NCBI GenBank assembly: GCA_020061105.1
Contig: JAGUYW010000034.1
Span: 1,173-65,172 of the forward strand
Length of the DNA: 64,000 nt
DNA from: Anaerolineales bacterium
Lineage (GTDB): Bacteria > Chloroflexota > Anaerolineae > Anaerolineales > UBA4823
Direction: 5' to 3'
Of the stretch, positions 24,648 through 33,728 are shown one piece after another. A program made the position numbers and the translations under genes. The notes beneath the pieces were generated by a model, which saw only the letters and a program-made list of their open reading frames with translations, was not told the origin of the DNA and made no database searches. Position 1 is the stretch's first letter; every line of letters begins with the position of its first letter.

Positions 24648-26912
24648 TTACTCGTACACTGTTATCGGCTTGATTTCATATGTGAAATTGCCGTCCATAT
24701 CTTCAACCACAATTCCCAGGATATAGTAACCGCCGACAGGAGTGTAATCGATGAAAACCATAGGCTGATCGGTAAAGACTAGCGTTCCACCCTCATATTC
24801 TACCAATTCCCCATCCGGATTCTGGTCATATTCCAGCCAAAACTCGATGACCGTGAACTCATCTCCCTGCTCCGGATAGACCTCGCGCGGGGCGGCGTTG
24901 TCTCGATCGCTATAGACCCACACGCTGTCAAAATCGCCGTAGGCATTGAAAACCATTTCAGCGTACATCTGTTGACCGCTGCGGGCAAATGTGTAGTAGC
25001 CGCTGACGCGATAGAAGGTATCTTCGGCGCCTAAGCCATAGGTATCCGCCTCAAACAAGGCAAAGACCTCCTCATCACCATTACTCAAATAGAAGACCGT
25101 CGGCTGCCATTCATATTCCAAAGAGAAAGGCTCGCGCCCCCAATCCGGGAAATATACCCCGTTGATCTCTTTGATGGTTTTGGCGTCCACGTATTCGATA
25201 TCCATCACCACCACCGCTTCGGAGTCGGGGTCATGCCAAAAAACATACAGGTAAATGTAGGCAATGTGATTGCCCTGCACCTCAGTGCTGATCAGGACGG
25301 AGTCTTCATTGCCAATTTCTTCGGCTGAAAAGGTCAAAGGCGCCACAGTTGCCTGTCCGGCGCCAGGGGCGGTAACCAGTTCTGGCTCTTGCGGCGCCGG
25401 GGTAGCCAAAGCCACAGGCGCCCCCACCAGCGGGTTCAACACGGTCAGGTCCGCCCCACCAGTGTGGATCGAGACGCCGGTATAGTGGAACCGCAAAAAA
25501 TCATCCCAAAGCGAGGCGGCGGCAAAACGCCCGATCGAACTGGCATAATCTGGAAAGCCGGATTGTGAACCCGTGGTATCGGCAAACAACGCTGAATTCG
25601 GGAAGAAAATCGACAAGCCGGTGGAACCCGGGCGCGCCGGGCCGTGTTTCTCGGCAATCACGGCTCTGCCTAAAGCGCTTTGCACCTGGGCGACGCCCTG
25701 GCGAATACCTGCCTGATCGGGAAAGATATCCAGCAGCATGCTGGTGAAATGTCCCAAATCCATGAAGTGCTTGGGATATTCGGTAAATATTTGCGAGTAC
25801 ATTTGCGCATACGCCCGCGCCGCAGCCACGTCGCTTTGTTCGACTCGCTCGAGAGCCGACAATAATTCGTTCACCGCCCGGTGCAAATCCGGCAAAGCCG
25901 AAAGGTCGATGGCGCTCAAGGTAATATCCTGGTACGAGGCGGCTAACTCATCCGGCGAGGTATCCAGGGGTAAGTTTCTGCCGCGCAGCAAAACCTGGCG
26001 CCCTTGCTCATACTCGATCATACCATCGCCGCGGATATAAGTCTCGACAAACAGGCTGGCCAGATGTCCGGCGTCCATTTTCGGATTGGCGCTCAGTTGC
26101 GCCAGCGGTTCGGTATATGCCCATCCCAGAGTGGGTTCGTTCTCCTGCGAAATAACGGCGTAACGAGCATAAGGCGCCAGGGCGCTGACCACCTCAAGCT
26201 GCCCCATCAAGCACGCGTCGAAGCCAACAATATCAAATTGACCGATCCCGGTGCGAGTGATGATTTCAGCTAAAGCCTGGTCGATCTGATTCATCGTCAT
26301 TTGAGAGTTGTCGGGGTTGGGATCCATGTCGGAGTTGGCGCCCAGCCAGGCCGAACCGTGGTCGGACATCACCAGCACGTAATGATCGGCTGAGTATGTC
26401 TCGATCGCCCAGATGGCAAAATCCACCAAGGTGCGCCAATCACCGCTATCCAATTCTCCTAAATCTTCGATCAACTCCGAACCTATGCTGAACAGGTCGT
26501 CATCCTGGGTAATGAAATAGCGACGCGTGGTAGTCCAATCGCCATCCAGGTCGAAACCGCCCTGGTAGCGATCGATTTGCGAGACGATCTTGACTTTCTC
26601 GGAAGAACCTACCAGTTCCGCTTCATTCAAGTCGATGAAGATTCCGCCCTCTGTCACTTCATCGTCCGCATCCTGGTAGAGCATGATTAACCAGGTATCG
26701 CCCTCGCCGCTGGTTGGCGTACGGGTGGGAACCGGCGTCAGTGTTTCCCCTGCAAGCGGCGGGTCGTTCGACGCAGCCTCTTGGGTTGGCGGGTTGTTTT
26801 GTCCGGGCGGCTGAACGGGCTGCGCTGGCTCACCGCGCACCGCATTACATGATAACTGAACAATCGCAACGATCAGAAAAACGACCCAAAATTTCCTCGC
26901 CAGCGCTTTCAT
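24648..26912 (-). CDS. secreted clostripain-like cysteine peptidase (family C11) with C-terminal beta-rich domains
   Basis: 754 aa. Shows a signal peptide, a P-rich linker, the catalytic His context VLVMSDHGSAW, and the catalytic Cys context VGFDACLMG. Confidence 0.8.
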   Translation of the reverse strand: MKALARKFWVVFLIVAIVQLSCNAVRGEPAQPVQPPGQNNPPTQEAASNDPPLAGETLTPVPTRTPTSGEGDTWLIMLYQDADDEVTEGGIFIDLNEAELVGSSEKVKIVSQIDRYQGGFDLDGDWTTTRRYFITQDDDLFSIGSELIEDLGELDSGDWRTLVDFAIWAIETYSADHYVLVMSDHGSAWLGANSDMDPNPDNSQMTMNQIDQALAEIITRTGIGQFDIVGFDACLMGQLEVVSALAPYARYAVISQENEPTLGWAYTEPLAQLSANPKMDAGHLASLFVETYIRGDGMIEYEQGRQVLLRGRNLPLDTSPDELAASYQDITLSAIDLSALPDLHRAVNELLSALERVEQSDVAAARAYAQMYSQIFTEYPKHFMDLGHFTSMLLDIFPDQAGIRQGVAQVQSALGRAVIAEKHGPARPGSTGLSIFFPNSALFADTTGSQSGFPDYASSIGRFAAASLWDDFLRFHYTGVSIHTGGADLTVLNPLVGAPVALATPAPQEPELVTAPGAGQATVAPLTFSAEEIGNEDSVLISTEVQGNHIAYIYLYVFWHDPDSEAVVVMDIEYVDAKTIKEINGVYFPDWGREPFSLEYEWQPTVFYLSNGDEEVFALFEADTYGLGAEDTFYRVSGYYTFARSGQQMYAEMVFNAYGDFDSVWVYSDRDNAAPREVYPEQGDEFTVIEFWLEYDQNPDGELVEYEGGTLVFTDQPMVFIDYTPVGGYYILGIVVEDMDGNFTYEIKPITVYE

Positions 26913-26964
26913 CTCCGGGCCTCCTGGTAATTAACGAAATATTGCACAACGAACAATTCGCATT

Positions 26965-26993
26965 ATTATCATTTAATAGGGTAATATTGTCAA
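26965..26993 (-). promoter_or_regulatory. sigma70-type promoter TTGACA-N17-GATAAT for the C11 peptidase operon
   Basis: Reverse strand: TTGACA (26993-26988), a 17-nt spacer, and GATAAT (26970-26965). Confidence 0.5.
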
Positions 26994-27017
26994 ATTAGAA
27001 AAGCACAGCCCCCCAGG

Positions 27018-27051
27018 CAAAGAAAAACGGCTGGAGCATGTCCAGCCGTTT
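27018..27051 (-). terminator. intrinsic terminator after kamA
   Basis: Reverse strand: AAACGGCTGGA / TCCAGCCGTTT forms an 11-bp stem with a 5-nt loop, followed by TTCTTTG. Confidence 0.75.
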
Positions 27052-27075
27052 CGAGTACCAACAAGCAGAACGAAC

Positions 27076-28425
27076 TTATTCGGCCGGCTCGCTCTTTTCT
27101 TTCCCTTCTCCAATTCCAAGCGGCACCCATTTTTTCGGGTCTTTCAGGCGATGCTGGATGCCGCTGCGGTCATGTATTTCATCAAAGCCTTCCGGTTTGA
27201 CAAATAAACGCTCGCCATCGAGCAGCCCAAACACACCACTTTGGCCTGGTTCAGGTCGTTTCTCGCCAAGATACTTCGCTGCGTGGCTGGGAAGGTAATC
27301 GGTGGGCTCTTCGTAGGTGGTGATAAAGCCTTCGAAGTTGCGCAGCACCACTTTGTGATCCGACATGCTCATCAGGTAATTGGGCATGACAGGAATCTTC
27401 CCGCCCCCACCAGGCGCATCGATAATATATTGGTGAACCGCGTAACCGGAGGTGTGGCCGCGTAAACCTTCCATGATCTCGATGCCTTTCGCGACCGGGG
27501 TACGGAAATGCCCGGCGCCTTCTACCAAGTCGCATTGGTACAGGTAGTACGGACGAACGCGGATGCGCACCAGGTCATGCACCAGTTGGCGCTGGATATG
27601 CACGTTATCGTTGACGCCTGCCAATAAAACGGCCTGGTTGCCCAAAGGAATACCGGCGCGCGTCATGCAATCGGTAGCCTGGGCCAGTTCGGCAGTAATT
27701 TCATTCGGATGATTGACATGAATGTTCAACCACAACGGGTGGTATTTTTGCAGAATGTCGCATAGTTCGTCGGTTACGCGCATGGGCATGAAGACCGGCA
27801 CGCGCGAGCCAATCCGCACAATCTCGATATGGGGAATCTCGCGCAGGCGGCGCAAGATTTCTTCCAAGATTTTCGGCGCCAGAACCAGCGGATCGCCGCC
27901 CGAAAGCAGCACATCGCGTACCTGGGGTGTGCGCTTGAGGTATTCAATTTGCATCTCGAATTCAGCCCGCGAGAATGTGGCCGATGGATCGCCAACGATC
28001 CGAGAACGCGTGCAATAGCGACAGTAAGAGGCGCACTGGGTGGTGACCAACATTAACACCCGGTCTGGATAACGGTGCACCAACCCTGGCACGGGAGAGT
28101 GGCGATCTTCTGCCAGGGAATCCTCCATCATCGCCGTGAAAGGCACCATCTCTTTACTGGTGGGCACAACTTGCTTACGGATCGGGTCATCCGGGTCATT
28201 GGGGTCGATCAACGAGATATAGTAAGGGGTAATATCGACGCGGAACAAATCGGCTGCAGAGAGCGCTTCACGTTCGCTATCGGTCAGTGGGATGACCTTC
28301 TCGAACTCTTCCACAGTATTGATGCGGTTGCTCAACTGCCAGCGCCAGTTATTCCACTGTTCGTCGGTCACACCGGCATAAAACGGGGCTCGCTTAGAAA
28401 CAAAGGGGGTAATTGCCATCATCAT
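27076..28425 (-). CDS. kamA: lysine 2,3-aminomutase (KamA-family radical SAM enzyme)
   Basis: 449 aa. Shows the radical-SAM cluster motif CASYCRYCTRS, LLSGGDPL, and the N-terminal WNNWRWQL typical of KamA. Confidence 0.9.
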   Translation of the reverse strand: MMMAITPFVSKRAPFYAGVTDEQWNNWRWQLSNRINTVEEFEKVIPLTDSEREALSAADLFRVDITPYYISLIDPNDPDDPIRKQVVPTSKEMVPFTAMMEDSLAEDRHSPVPGLVHRYPDRVLMLVTTQCASYCRYCTRSRIVGDPSATFSRAEFEMQIEYLKRTPQVRDVLLSGGDPLVLAPKILEEILRRLREIPHIEIVRIGSRVPVFMPMRVTDELCDILQKYHPLWLNIHVNHPNEITAELAQATDCMTRAGIPLGNQAVLLAGVNDNVHIQRQLVHDLVRIRVRPYYLYQCDLVEGAGHFRTPVAKGIEIMEGLRGHTSGYAVHQYIIDAPGGGGKIPVMPNYLMSMSDHKVVLRNFEGFITTYEEPTDYLPSHAAKYLGEKRPEPGQSGVFGLLDGERLFVKPEGFDEIHDRSGIQHRLKDPKKWVPLGIGEGKEKSEPAE

Positions 28426-28458
28426 CTCCTGAATAAATAGATATCACGGTCGAAATGT

Positions 28459-29523
28459 TCACGGCGCTAAAACAACTTCGATGCTTGTCAGGTGCGCGTA
28501 TTCTGAAAGCAGCCCACCGCTCTCGAACACCACTAAGAGGGCAGGAGTCATCTCCGTCACCGAGTAGGCGACATCGGCAAAGAAAACGCCATACCCACCC
28601 GGAATGGGAATTTGCACGCCAGCCAGGCGTTGCCCTAACACACGTCCATCTTCAGCAATCAAGACCACTTTCAAGGGTTGCTCTTCAAAGGGTTTGGCAA
28701 TCCCGCTAACATAAGCTACGCCGCCCACAATGAGCGCCTTCGGTTGTGGGTCTTGAATCACAATCGCCTCGTACAGGGCGCCGGGTGGATTATATTCGGT
28801 CGTCCCAGAAGACATCAGCAGAACATTCACCGAATTGACATCCATCATGCGACCAAAGGCATCTTCAACGCTGACCACCAGGCGGCCCAATTCTGCCGCA
28901 ACGCTGATCTCGAAATCCAACGACATGGTCAGGGTTGCGACATGCCAAGGCAGATCGTTGTAGACTCGCAGTTGGCGCGCCAGCAAGCGCCCATCTTCGC
29001 CATGCAAATCAAAACGCACCACCTTACCCCAACGCGAGGTCAAGCGCGCCGTTGCAACCAGCGGGGAAACGACTTTGGAAAGTTCACCCAACCGGAATAT
29101 CTGCACCCGGGCTTGCTGCGCCTGGGGAAACGGCGTGGGCGTATCGGCAAGGACGGCCGGCAAGGTCAGCACAGGTTGCGTTGGAAGTAAGGTCGGCGCC
29201 TCAGTAGGGGTATCCGTGACTTCGACCGGCGTAGGGCTGGGCAGGGGCGTCTCGCTTGGCGGCGCGGTATGGCTGGCAAGCGCAGTTGGACTGGCCGGCT
29301 TTGTCTCGGCGCTTCCTGGCTCTGGGCTGGCAGGCGCAACAGTAGCAGTTGCCGGCATTTGTGAGCCGCGCGCTTGCAAGGTCTGAGCGATGGCGGTCGG
29401 AAGAAGTTCCGTCGCCAGCGGCGCAACAGCCTGTGGCGCCACCAATTGGTCGCAACCAGCTAACCCGAACAACAAGGTTAGGGCTGCCAGGATCGAGACA
29501 ACCGATCGCGCTTTATAAATCAT
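28459..29523 (-). CDS. putative lipoprotein with P/T/A-rich linker and two Ig-like (Gmad2-like) domains
   Basis: 354 aa. Shows the lipobox LFGLAGC, a low-complexity linker, and a repeated beta-rich C-terminal half. The family call is tentative. Confidence 0.6.
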   Translation of the reverse strand: MIYKARSVVSILAALTLLFGLAGCDQLVAPQAVAPLATELLPTAIAQTLQARGSQMPATATVAPASPEPGSAETKPASPTALASHTAPPSETPLPSPTPVEVTDTPTEAPTLLPTQPVLTLPAVLADTPTPFPQAQQARVQIFRLGELSKVVSPLVATARLTSRWGKVVRFDLHGEDGRLLARQLRVYNDLPWHVATLTMSLDFEISVAAELGRLVVSVEDAFGRMMDVNSVNVLLMSSGTTEYNPPGALYEAIVIQDPQPKALIVGGVAYVSGIAKPFEEQPLKVVLIAEDGRVLGQRLAGVQIPIPGGYGVFFADVAYSVTEMTPALLVVFESGGLLSEYAHLTSIEVVLAP

Positions 29524-31015
29524 AAACCTGGCTATATTTTTTCCGCAGATAATGCATATAAGGCTGGGCGTCGATTTTGGAACCGGTCACTTGCTGCACC
29601 AATTCTTGCGGCTCGAACTTGGCGCCATGCTGGTGGATATTCTTTCGCAACCAGCCCAACAGGTATGAAAATTCACCCTGGCGAATTTGATCGTCCAGAT
29701 CAGGCAAGTCACGCTGGATACATTCCCACAACTGGGCGGAAACCAGGTTGCCAAGCGCATAGGTGGAGAAATAACCGACCAGGCCCATCGACCAATGCAC
29801 ATCTTGCAGCACGCCCAGGCTGTCATTCGGCGGAAGCAAACCCAGGTATTCCTGCATACGGCTGTTCCAGGCTTCTGGCAGATCTTTCACAGCCAGGCTG
29901 CCTTCCATCAAGGCGATCTCCAATTCCAGGCGCAGCATGATATGAAGGTTGTAGGTCGCCTCATCCGCCTCGACGCGAATCAAGGACGGCTGCACCTTAT
30001 TGATCGCCCGGTAGAACTGCTGGAGCGAGACATCGCCAAGTTGTTCTGGGAAGAGACTCTGGAAGCGCGCATAGAAATGCTCCCAAAACGGCATAGAACG
30101 CCCGATCAAGTTTTCCCACATGCGCGATTGCGACTCGTGTACCGCCAGCGAGGCGCCGCCTACCAGCGGCGAACGATTCAGCGCCGGATCGCAGCCCAGT
30201 TCATATAAGGCATGTCCGGCCTCATGCATCGTGCTGAACAAAGCCGATACGCCATTGTCTTTGGCGAAGCGCGTGGTAATGCGCACATCATCGCTGCTGG
30301 AGCCGCCTGTGAAGGGATGCGGAGAGCGATCCAGACGACCACGATGCCAATCGTAACCAAATTTGGTGATCACTTCGACTCCGAAATCCCACTGCTTTTG
30401 CTCATCATATTCCTGGTGTAGAAAAGAGTTTCCGATTTCTGGTTTTCCAGCAATCTGCTTGATCAATTCGACCTGCTGAGGGCGAAGCGCATTGAAAATC
30501 GCCTTAACATCCGCTGTTTTTAGCCCCGGTTCGAAATCATCTAACAGCGGATCATAAACATGTTCGTAAGGAGCAAAGAAGCCGGCATAACGGCGGCGCA
30601 TTTCCAAGATTTTTTCCAGGGTAGGTTGAAATTTTGGGAAATTATTATCCGCTCGCGCCTCGGCCCAGGCTGGATGAGCAGCCGACCGGGCTTGGGCATA
30701 TTCCGCAACCCAATCGCTGGGCACTTTGACTTCTTTGTCGTACTGGCGGCGGGTAACCTTAACCAGGCGCGCGTCGCTTGAGTCGGGCGATAACTGCGAC
30801 GCGTAGGGCTCCAAATCATCCAGTAAATTGCCAATCTCCTTGGAGGTCAATTTCTGGTGCGCCAGGCGAGCAATTGTGGCTGCCTGGTAGCCGCGCTGCT
30901 CTGTCGCCCCTGGCGGCATATAGGTCTGCTGGTCCCAACCCAACAGGCCTTCAACCCCATTCAGATCGTAAATTTCTGCCAGCAATTCTTTCAAGCGATC
31001 GAGTTTCTTTTCCAT
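29513..31015 (-). CDS. M32 family carboxypeptidase (Taq-type)
   Basis: 500 aa. Shows the HEXXH motif HEAGHALYE, HPFT, and DRSPHPF-type motifs. Confidence 0.9.
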   Translation of the reverse strand: MEKKLDRLKELLAEIYDLNGVEGLLGWDQQTYMPPGATEQRGYQAATIARLAHQKLTSKEIGNLLDDLEPYASQLSPDSSDARLVKVTRRQYDKEVKVPSDWVAEYAQARSAAHPAWAEARADNNFPKFQPTLEKILEMRRRYAGFFAPYEHVYDPLLDDFEPGLKTADVKAIFNALRPQQVELIKQIAGKPEIGNSFLHQEYDEQKQWDFGVEVITKFGYDWHRGRLDRSPHPFTGGSSSDDVRITTRFAKDNGVSALFSTMHEAGHALYELGCDPALNRSPLVGGASLAVHESQSRMWENLIGRSMPFWEHFYARFQSLFPEQLGDVSLQQFYRAINKVQPSLIRVEADEATYNLHIMLRLELEIALMEGSLAVKDLPEAWNSRMQEYLGLLPPNDSLGVLQDVHWSMGLVGYFSTYALGNLVSAQLWECIQRDLPDLDDQIRQGEFSYLLGWLRKNIHQHGAKFEPQELVQQVTGSKIDAQPYMHYLRKKYSQVYDL

Positions 31016-31040
31016 TCAAAATCTCCTGTAGAAAATAAAA

Positions 31041-31982
31041 TTAGGCCACTCGCCAACGCAGCGCTTTTTCTTGCAATGCCGCCAGGACTTCATCGGCGAT
31101 ATCCTGGGCAGCGCGTTCTTGCGCTTCAGAGGTTTGCGCTCCGATATGCGGGGTGGCGATCACTTTGGGGTGCGTCACCAACAGTGTAGCGCCAGGCGGT
31201 TCCACAGCAAATACATCCAACGCTGCTCCGGCAACCTGCCCAGACTGCAACGCCTGGACTAACGCTTCTTCGTCGATTATGCTGCCACGGGCGGCGCATA
31301 CAATCCGCACCCCCGGCTTCATCTGGCTGAAAGCGCCCTCATTGAGCATATGGCGCGTTTCAGGCAACAGGGGGGTATGGATGGTTAGAAAATCGGCCCG
31401 GGCGTAGACTTCTTCAAGTGTAAGCGGTAATGCGGAACGGCGTTGAATCTCTTCGGCGCTCAATAGTGCATCAAATCCAACCACATTCATCCCTAAAGCC
31501 AGCGCCCGCTGCGCCACCGCAGCGCCGATATTGCCCATTCCGATAACCCCCAAAGTTTTCCCATTCAGCTCAATTCCGCTCAACTCTTTCTTTAACCATT
31601 GCCCTTGCTTCATCCCGGCATCGGCGCGAGGGACTTCGCGCGCCAGAGCAAACAGCAACCCCAGCGCCAATTCCGCCACCGCCAGGGTGGTGGAAACCGG
31701 AGCGTTGACAACCGCGACGCCGCCTTCACGAGCAGCCGGCAGGTCGATATTATCCACCCCCACCCCGGCTCTCCCGATCACTTTCAAGCGGCTCCCGGCT
31801 TGAATGATCGCTTGAGTCACTTTCGTGCGCCCGCGCACGATCAATGCATCATAACCAGCGATGGCGGCGAGCAGTTCATCACCACTCATGCCATTGCGGT
31901 CATCCACCTGCCCTGCAAGTCGTAAGCGGGCCTGTCCACTTTCTTCTAAACCGTCCGTAATCAGGATTTTCCAACCAGCCAT
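31041..31982 (-). CDS. D-isomer-specific 2-hydroxyacid dehydrogenase (SerA-like, no ACT domain)
   Basis: 313 aa counted from ATG 31982 (SD GGAGAAAGA). Shows the NAD fold GVIGMGNIGAAVA and the catalytic region PHIGAQT. Confidence 0.85.
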   Translation of the reverse strand: MAGWKILITDGLEESGQARLRLAGQVDDRNGMSGDELLAAIAGYDALIVRGRTKVTQAIIQAGSRLKVIGRAGVGVDNIDLPAAREGGVAVVNAPVSTTLAVAELALGLLFALAREVPRADAGMKQGQWLKKELSGIELNGKTLGVIGMGNIGAAVAQRALALGMNVVGFDALLSAEEIQRRSALPLTLEEVYARADFLTIHTPLLPETRHMLNEGAFSQMKPGVRIVCAARGSIIDEEALVQALQSGQVAGAALDVFAVEPPGATLLVTHPKVIATPHIGAQTSEAQERAAQDIADEVLAALQEKALRWRVA

Positions 31983-32020
31983 TCTTTCTCCATACAAAGA
32001 TTGATCTTCTCTCTGCCGCC

Positions 32021-33631
32021 TCATTTCACCGCCTGGTGAATACGGCAGGTGGTCGATCCAACTATGGGGCGATTTTTACATAGCTGCCCCGATTTCGTAC
32101 GCGCGCTGCAGTGCGCCCCCACGATGGTCTGTGGCGGGATGTTTTTCGCATGGGGTATCATGGGTTTCGGTGTACTTGCGGTGATTTGCCTGGCGCCTGG
32201 CCTGATTGGACGCCCCCAGCGCTTCATGTCTTCCAATTCGCTGACAAATGCGTCCAATACCACTTGCGGATCCGGAATCAAGCCTTCGTCCGTCGCCAAT
32301 CCCAATACAACCTGGTTGGCATAACTGACAATACTGACGCCCAAGGCCAGGTTTGCAGGTGTGGGCACCCAAAACATCAAGCCATCGATGCGCCCACCAG
32401 CCAGGTAAAGCGGCTGGCGTGGTCCTGGCACATTGGTCATCACTCCCGTGGCCTTCAGGCCGAAGATCGCCACCAGGATATTCTCGACCTGAACGGGAGT
32501 CATCCCAAAAGCGCCTAATAACCCAAAAGCCACCAGCGCTTCCGGGGAGTCTTTAATAGCATTCATGCGCCGGCGCAAAGTTACCAGGCGCTTCAAGGGG
32601 TCGCGGATGCCAACCGGCAAAGACAGGAAAACTAAGCCAAAGCGGTTGCCCATTAAACTGTCGTCTTTGGCAGCGTTGGCCGTTAAAATAGGGCGCAGAT
32701 TGACCGGCACGACTACCCGGATATCGACGCCCTCTGTCATCTCGCCATGCTCTTCCAGATAGCGGCGTAAAGCGCCTGTCAAAGCGCTCAACACGATATC
32801 GTTGACTGTGCCCCCCATCATGCCCCCTACCGCTTTGACATCTTGCAAGCCAACCGGGGAGGACCAGGCAGCCTTTTTAGGAATATCGCATTTGCCGCGC
32901 AGGATAGTCTTGCGATCGGGCCCGATGAGCAGCAGCTTGCTCAGCGCCATCAACCCATCCATGCCCTTGCGAGCAGCTTGCATGGTTTGAGCCGGGCTGA
33001 ATAAAGTTTCCAACCCCTCATGCACCAAATCGTTGGCTGCTCGCATCGATTGTTCGGCGATCGCAGCGGTTTCGATTGCCGGTCGCAGCCAGCGCATTGC
33101 CCAACCCTTTTCTGATCGTGGCTCGAGCGGCGGTTGAGGCCATGGCGCTTGCGGATCGTCGTCTGTGGTATCCAGCAGCACCTGCACCAAAGCCAGCCCA
33201 TCGGCAATGCAATGGTGCAAACGACAGATCAGGGCTGAACCTGTCTCGTAATTCTCTACATAGTGAAATTGCCACAGCGGGCGAGATCGATCCAGGGGTT
33301 GGCACATCAACTCGCTCACCCGGTTTTGCAAGACCCCCTGGTCGGCCGGTTCGGGCAGGCGCGTGGGAATGAGGTGATAATTGAAGTCAAATTGATCATC
33401 CAACTGCCAGCGTGGCAGGCCCAACCCCATGACCGGCTCATGGATGCGCTGGCGAAAACGGCGATGCACCAACAAGCGGTAGACCAGGGTAGCTTTCAGG
33501 CGCTCGAAATCCAAACGCCGGTCGAAAGACAGCACCCCCGTGATCGTCGCCAGATTGGACGGGGTATCCATGTGCAGCCAGGCTGCATCTACGCTAGAAA
33601 AAAGCTCACGATCGCGCTCTGAGGGACTCAC
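32021..33631 (-). CDS. wax ester synthase / diacylglycerol acyltransferase (WS/DGAT) with C-terminal Cys3-His tail
   Basis: 536 aa with a GTG start after SD AGGAGG. Shows the active-site motif HHCIADG, NVPGP, and the C-terminal tail HCSARTKSGQLCKNRPIVGSTTCRIH. Confidence 0.85.
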   Translation of the reverse strand: MSPSERDRELFSSVDAAWLHMDTPSNLATITGVLSFDRRLDFERLKATLVYRLLVHRRFRQRIHEPVMGLGLPRWQLDDQFDFNYHLIPTRLPEPADQGVLQNRVSELMCQPLDRSRPLWQFHYVENYETGSALICRLHHCIADGLALVQVLLDTTDDDPQAPWPQPPLEPRSEKGWAMRWLRPAIETAAIAEQSMRAANDLVHEGLETLFSPAQTMQAARKGMDGLMALSKLLLIGPDRKTILRGKCDIPKKAAWSSPVGLQDVKAVGGMMGGTVNDIVLSALTGALRRYLEEHGEMTEGVDIRVVVPVNLRPILTANAAKDDSLMGNRFGLVFLSLPVGIRDPLKRLVTLRRRMNAIKDSPEALVAFGLLGAFGMTPVQVENILVAIFGLKATGVMTNVPGPRQPLYLAGGRIDGLMFWVPTPANLALGVSIVSYANQVVLGLATDEGLIPDPQVVLDAFVSELEDMKRWGRPIRPGARQITASTPKPMIPHAKNIPPQTIVGAHCSARTKSGQLCKNRPIVGSTTCRIHQAVK

Positions 33632-33728
33632 ACAGTACCTCCTAGTTGAGGAGATAAAAAACCGCAGGCAGCCTCACCTGACATCTTTTCCATTATACCG
33701 TATCCAGGCCCACAAAAAGCGATCTCAC

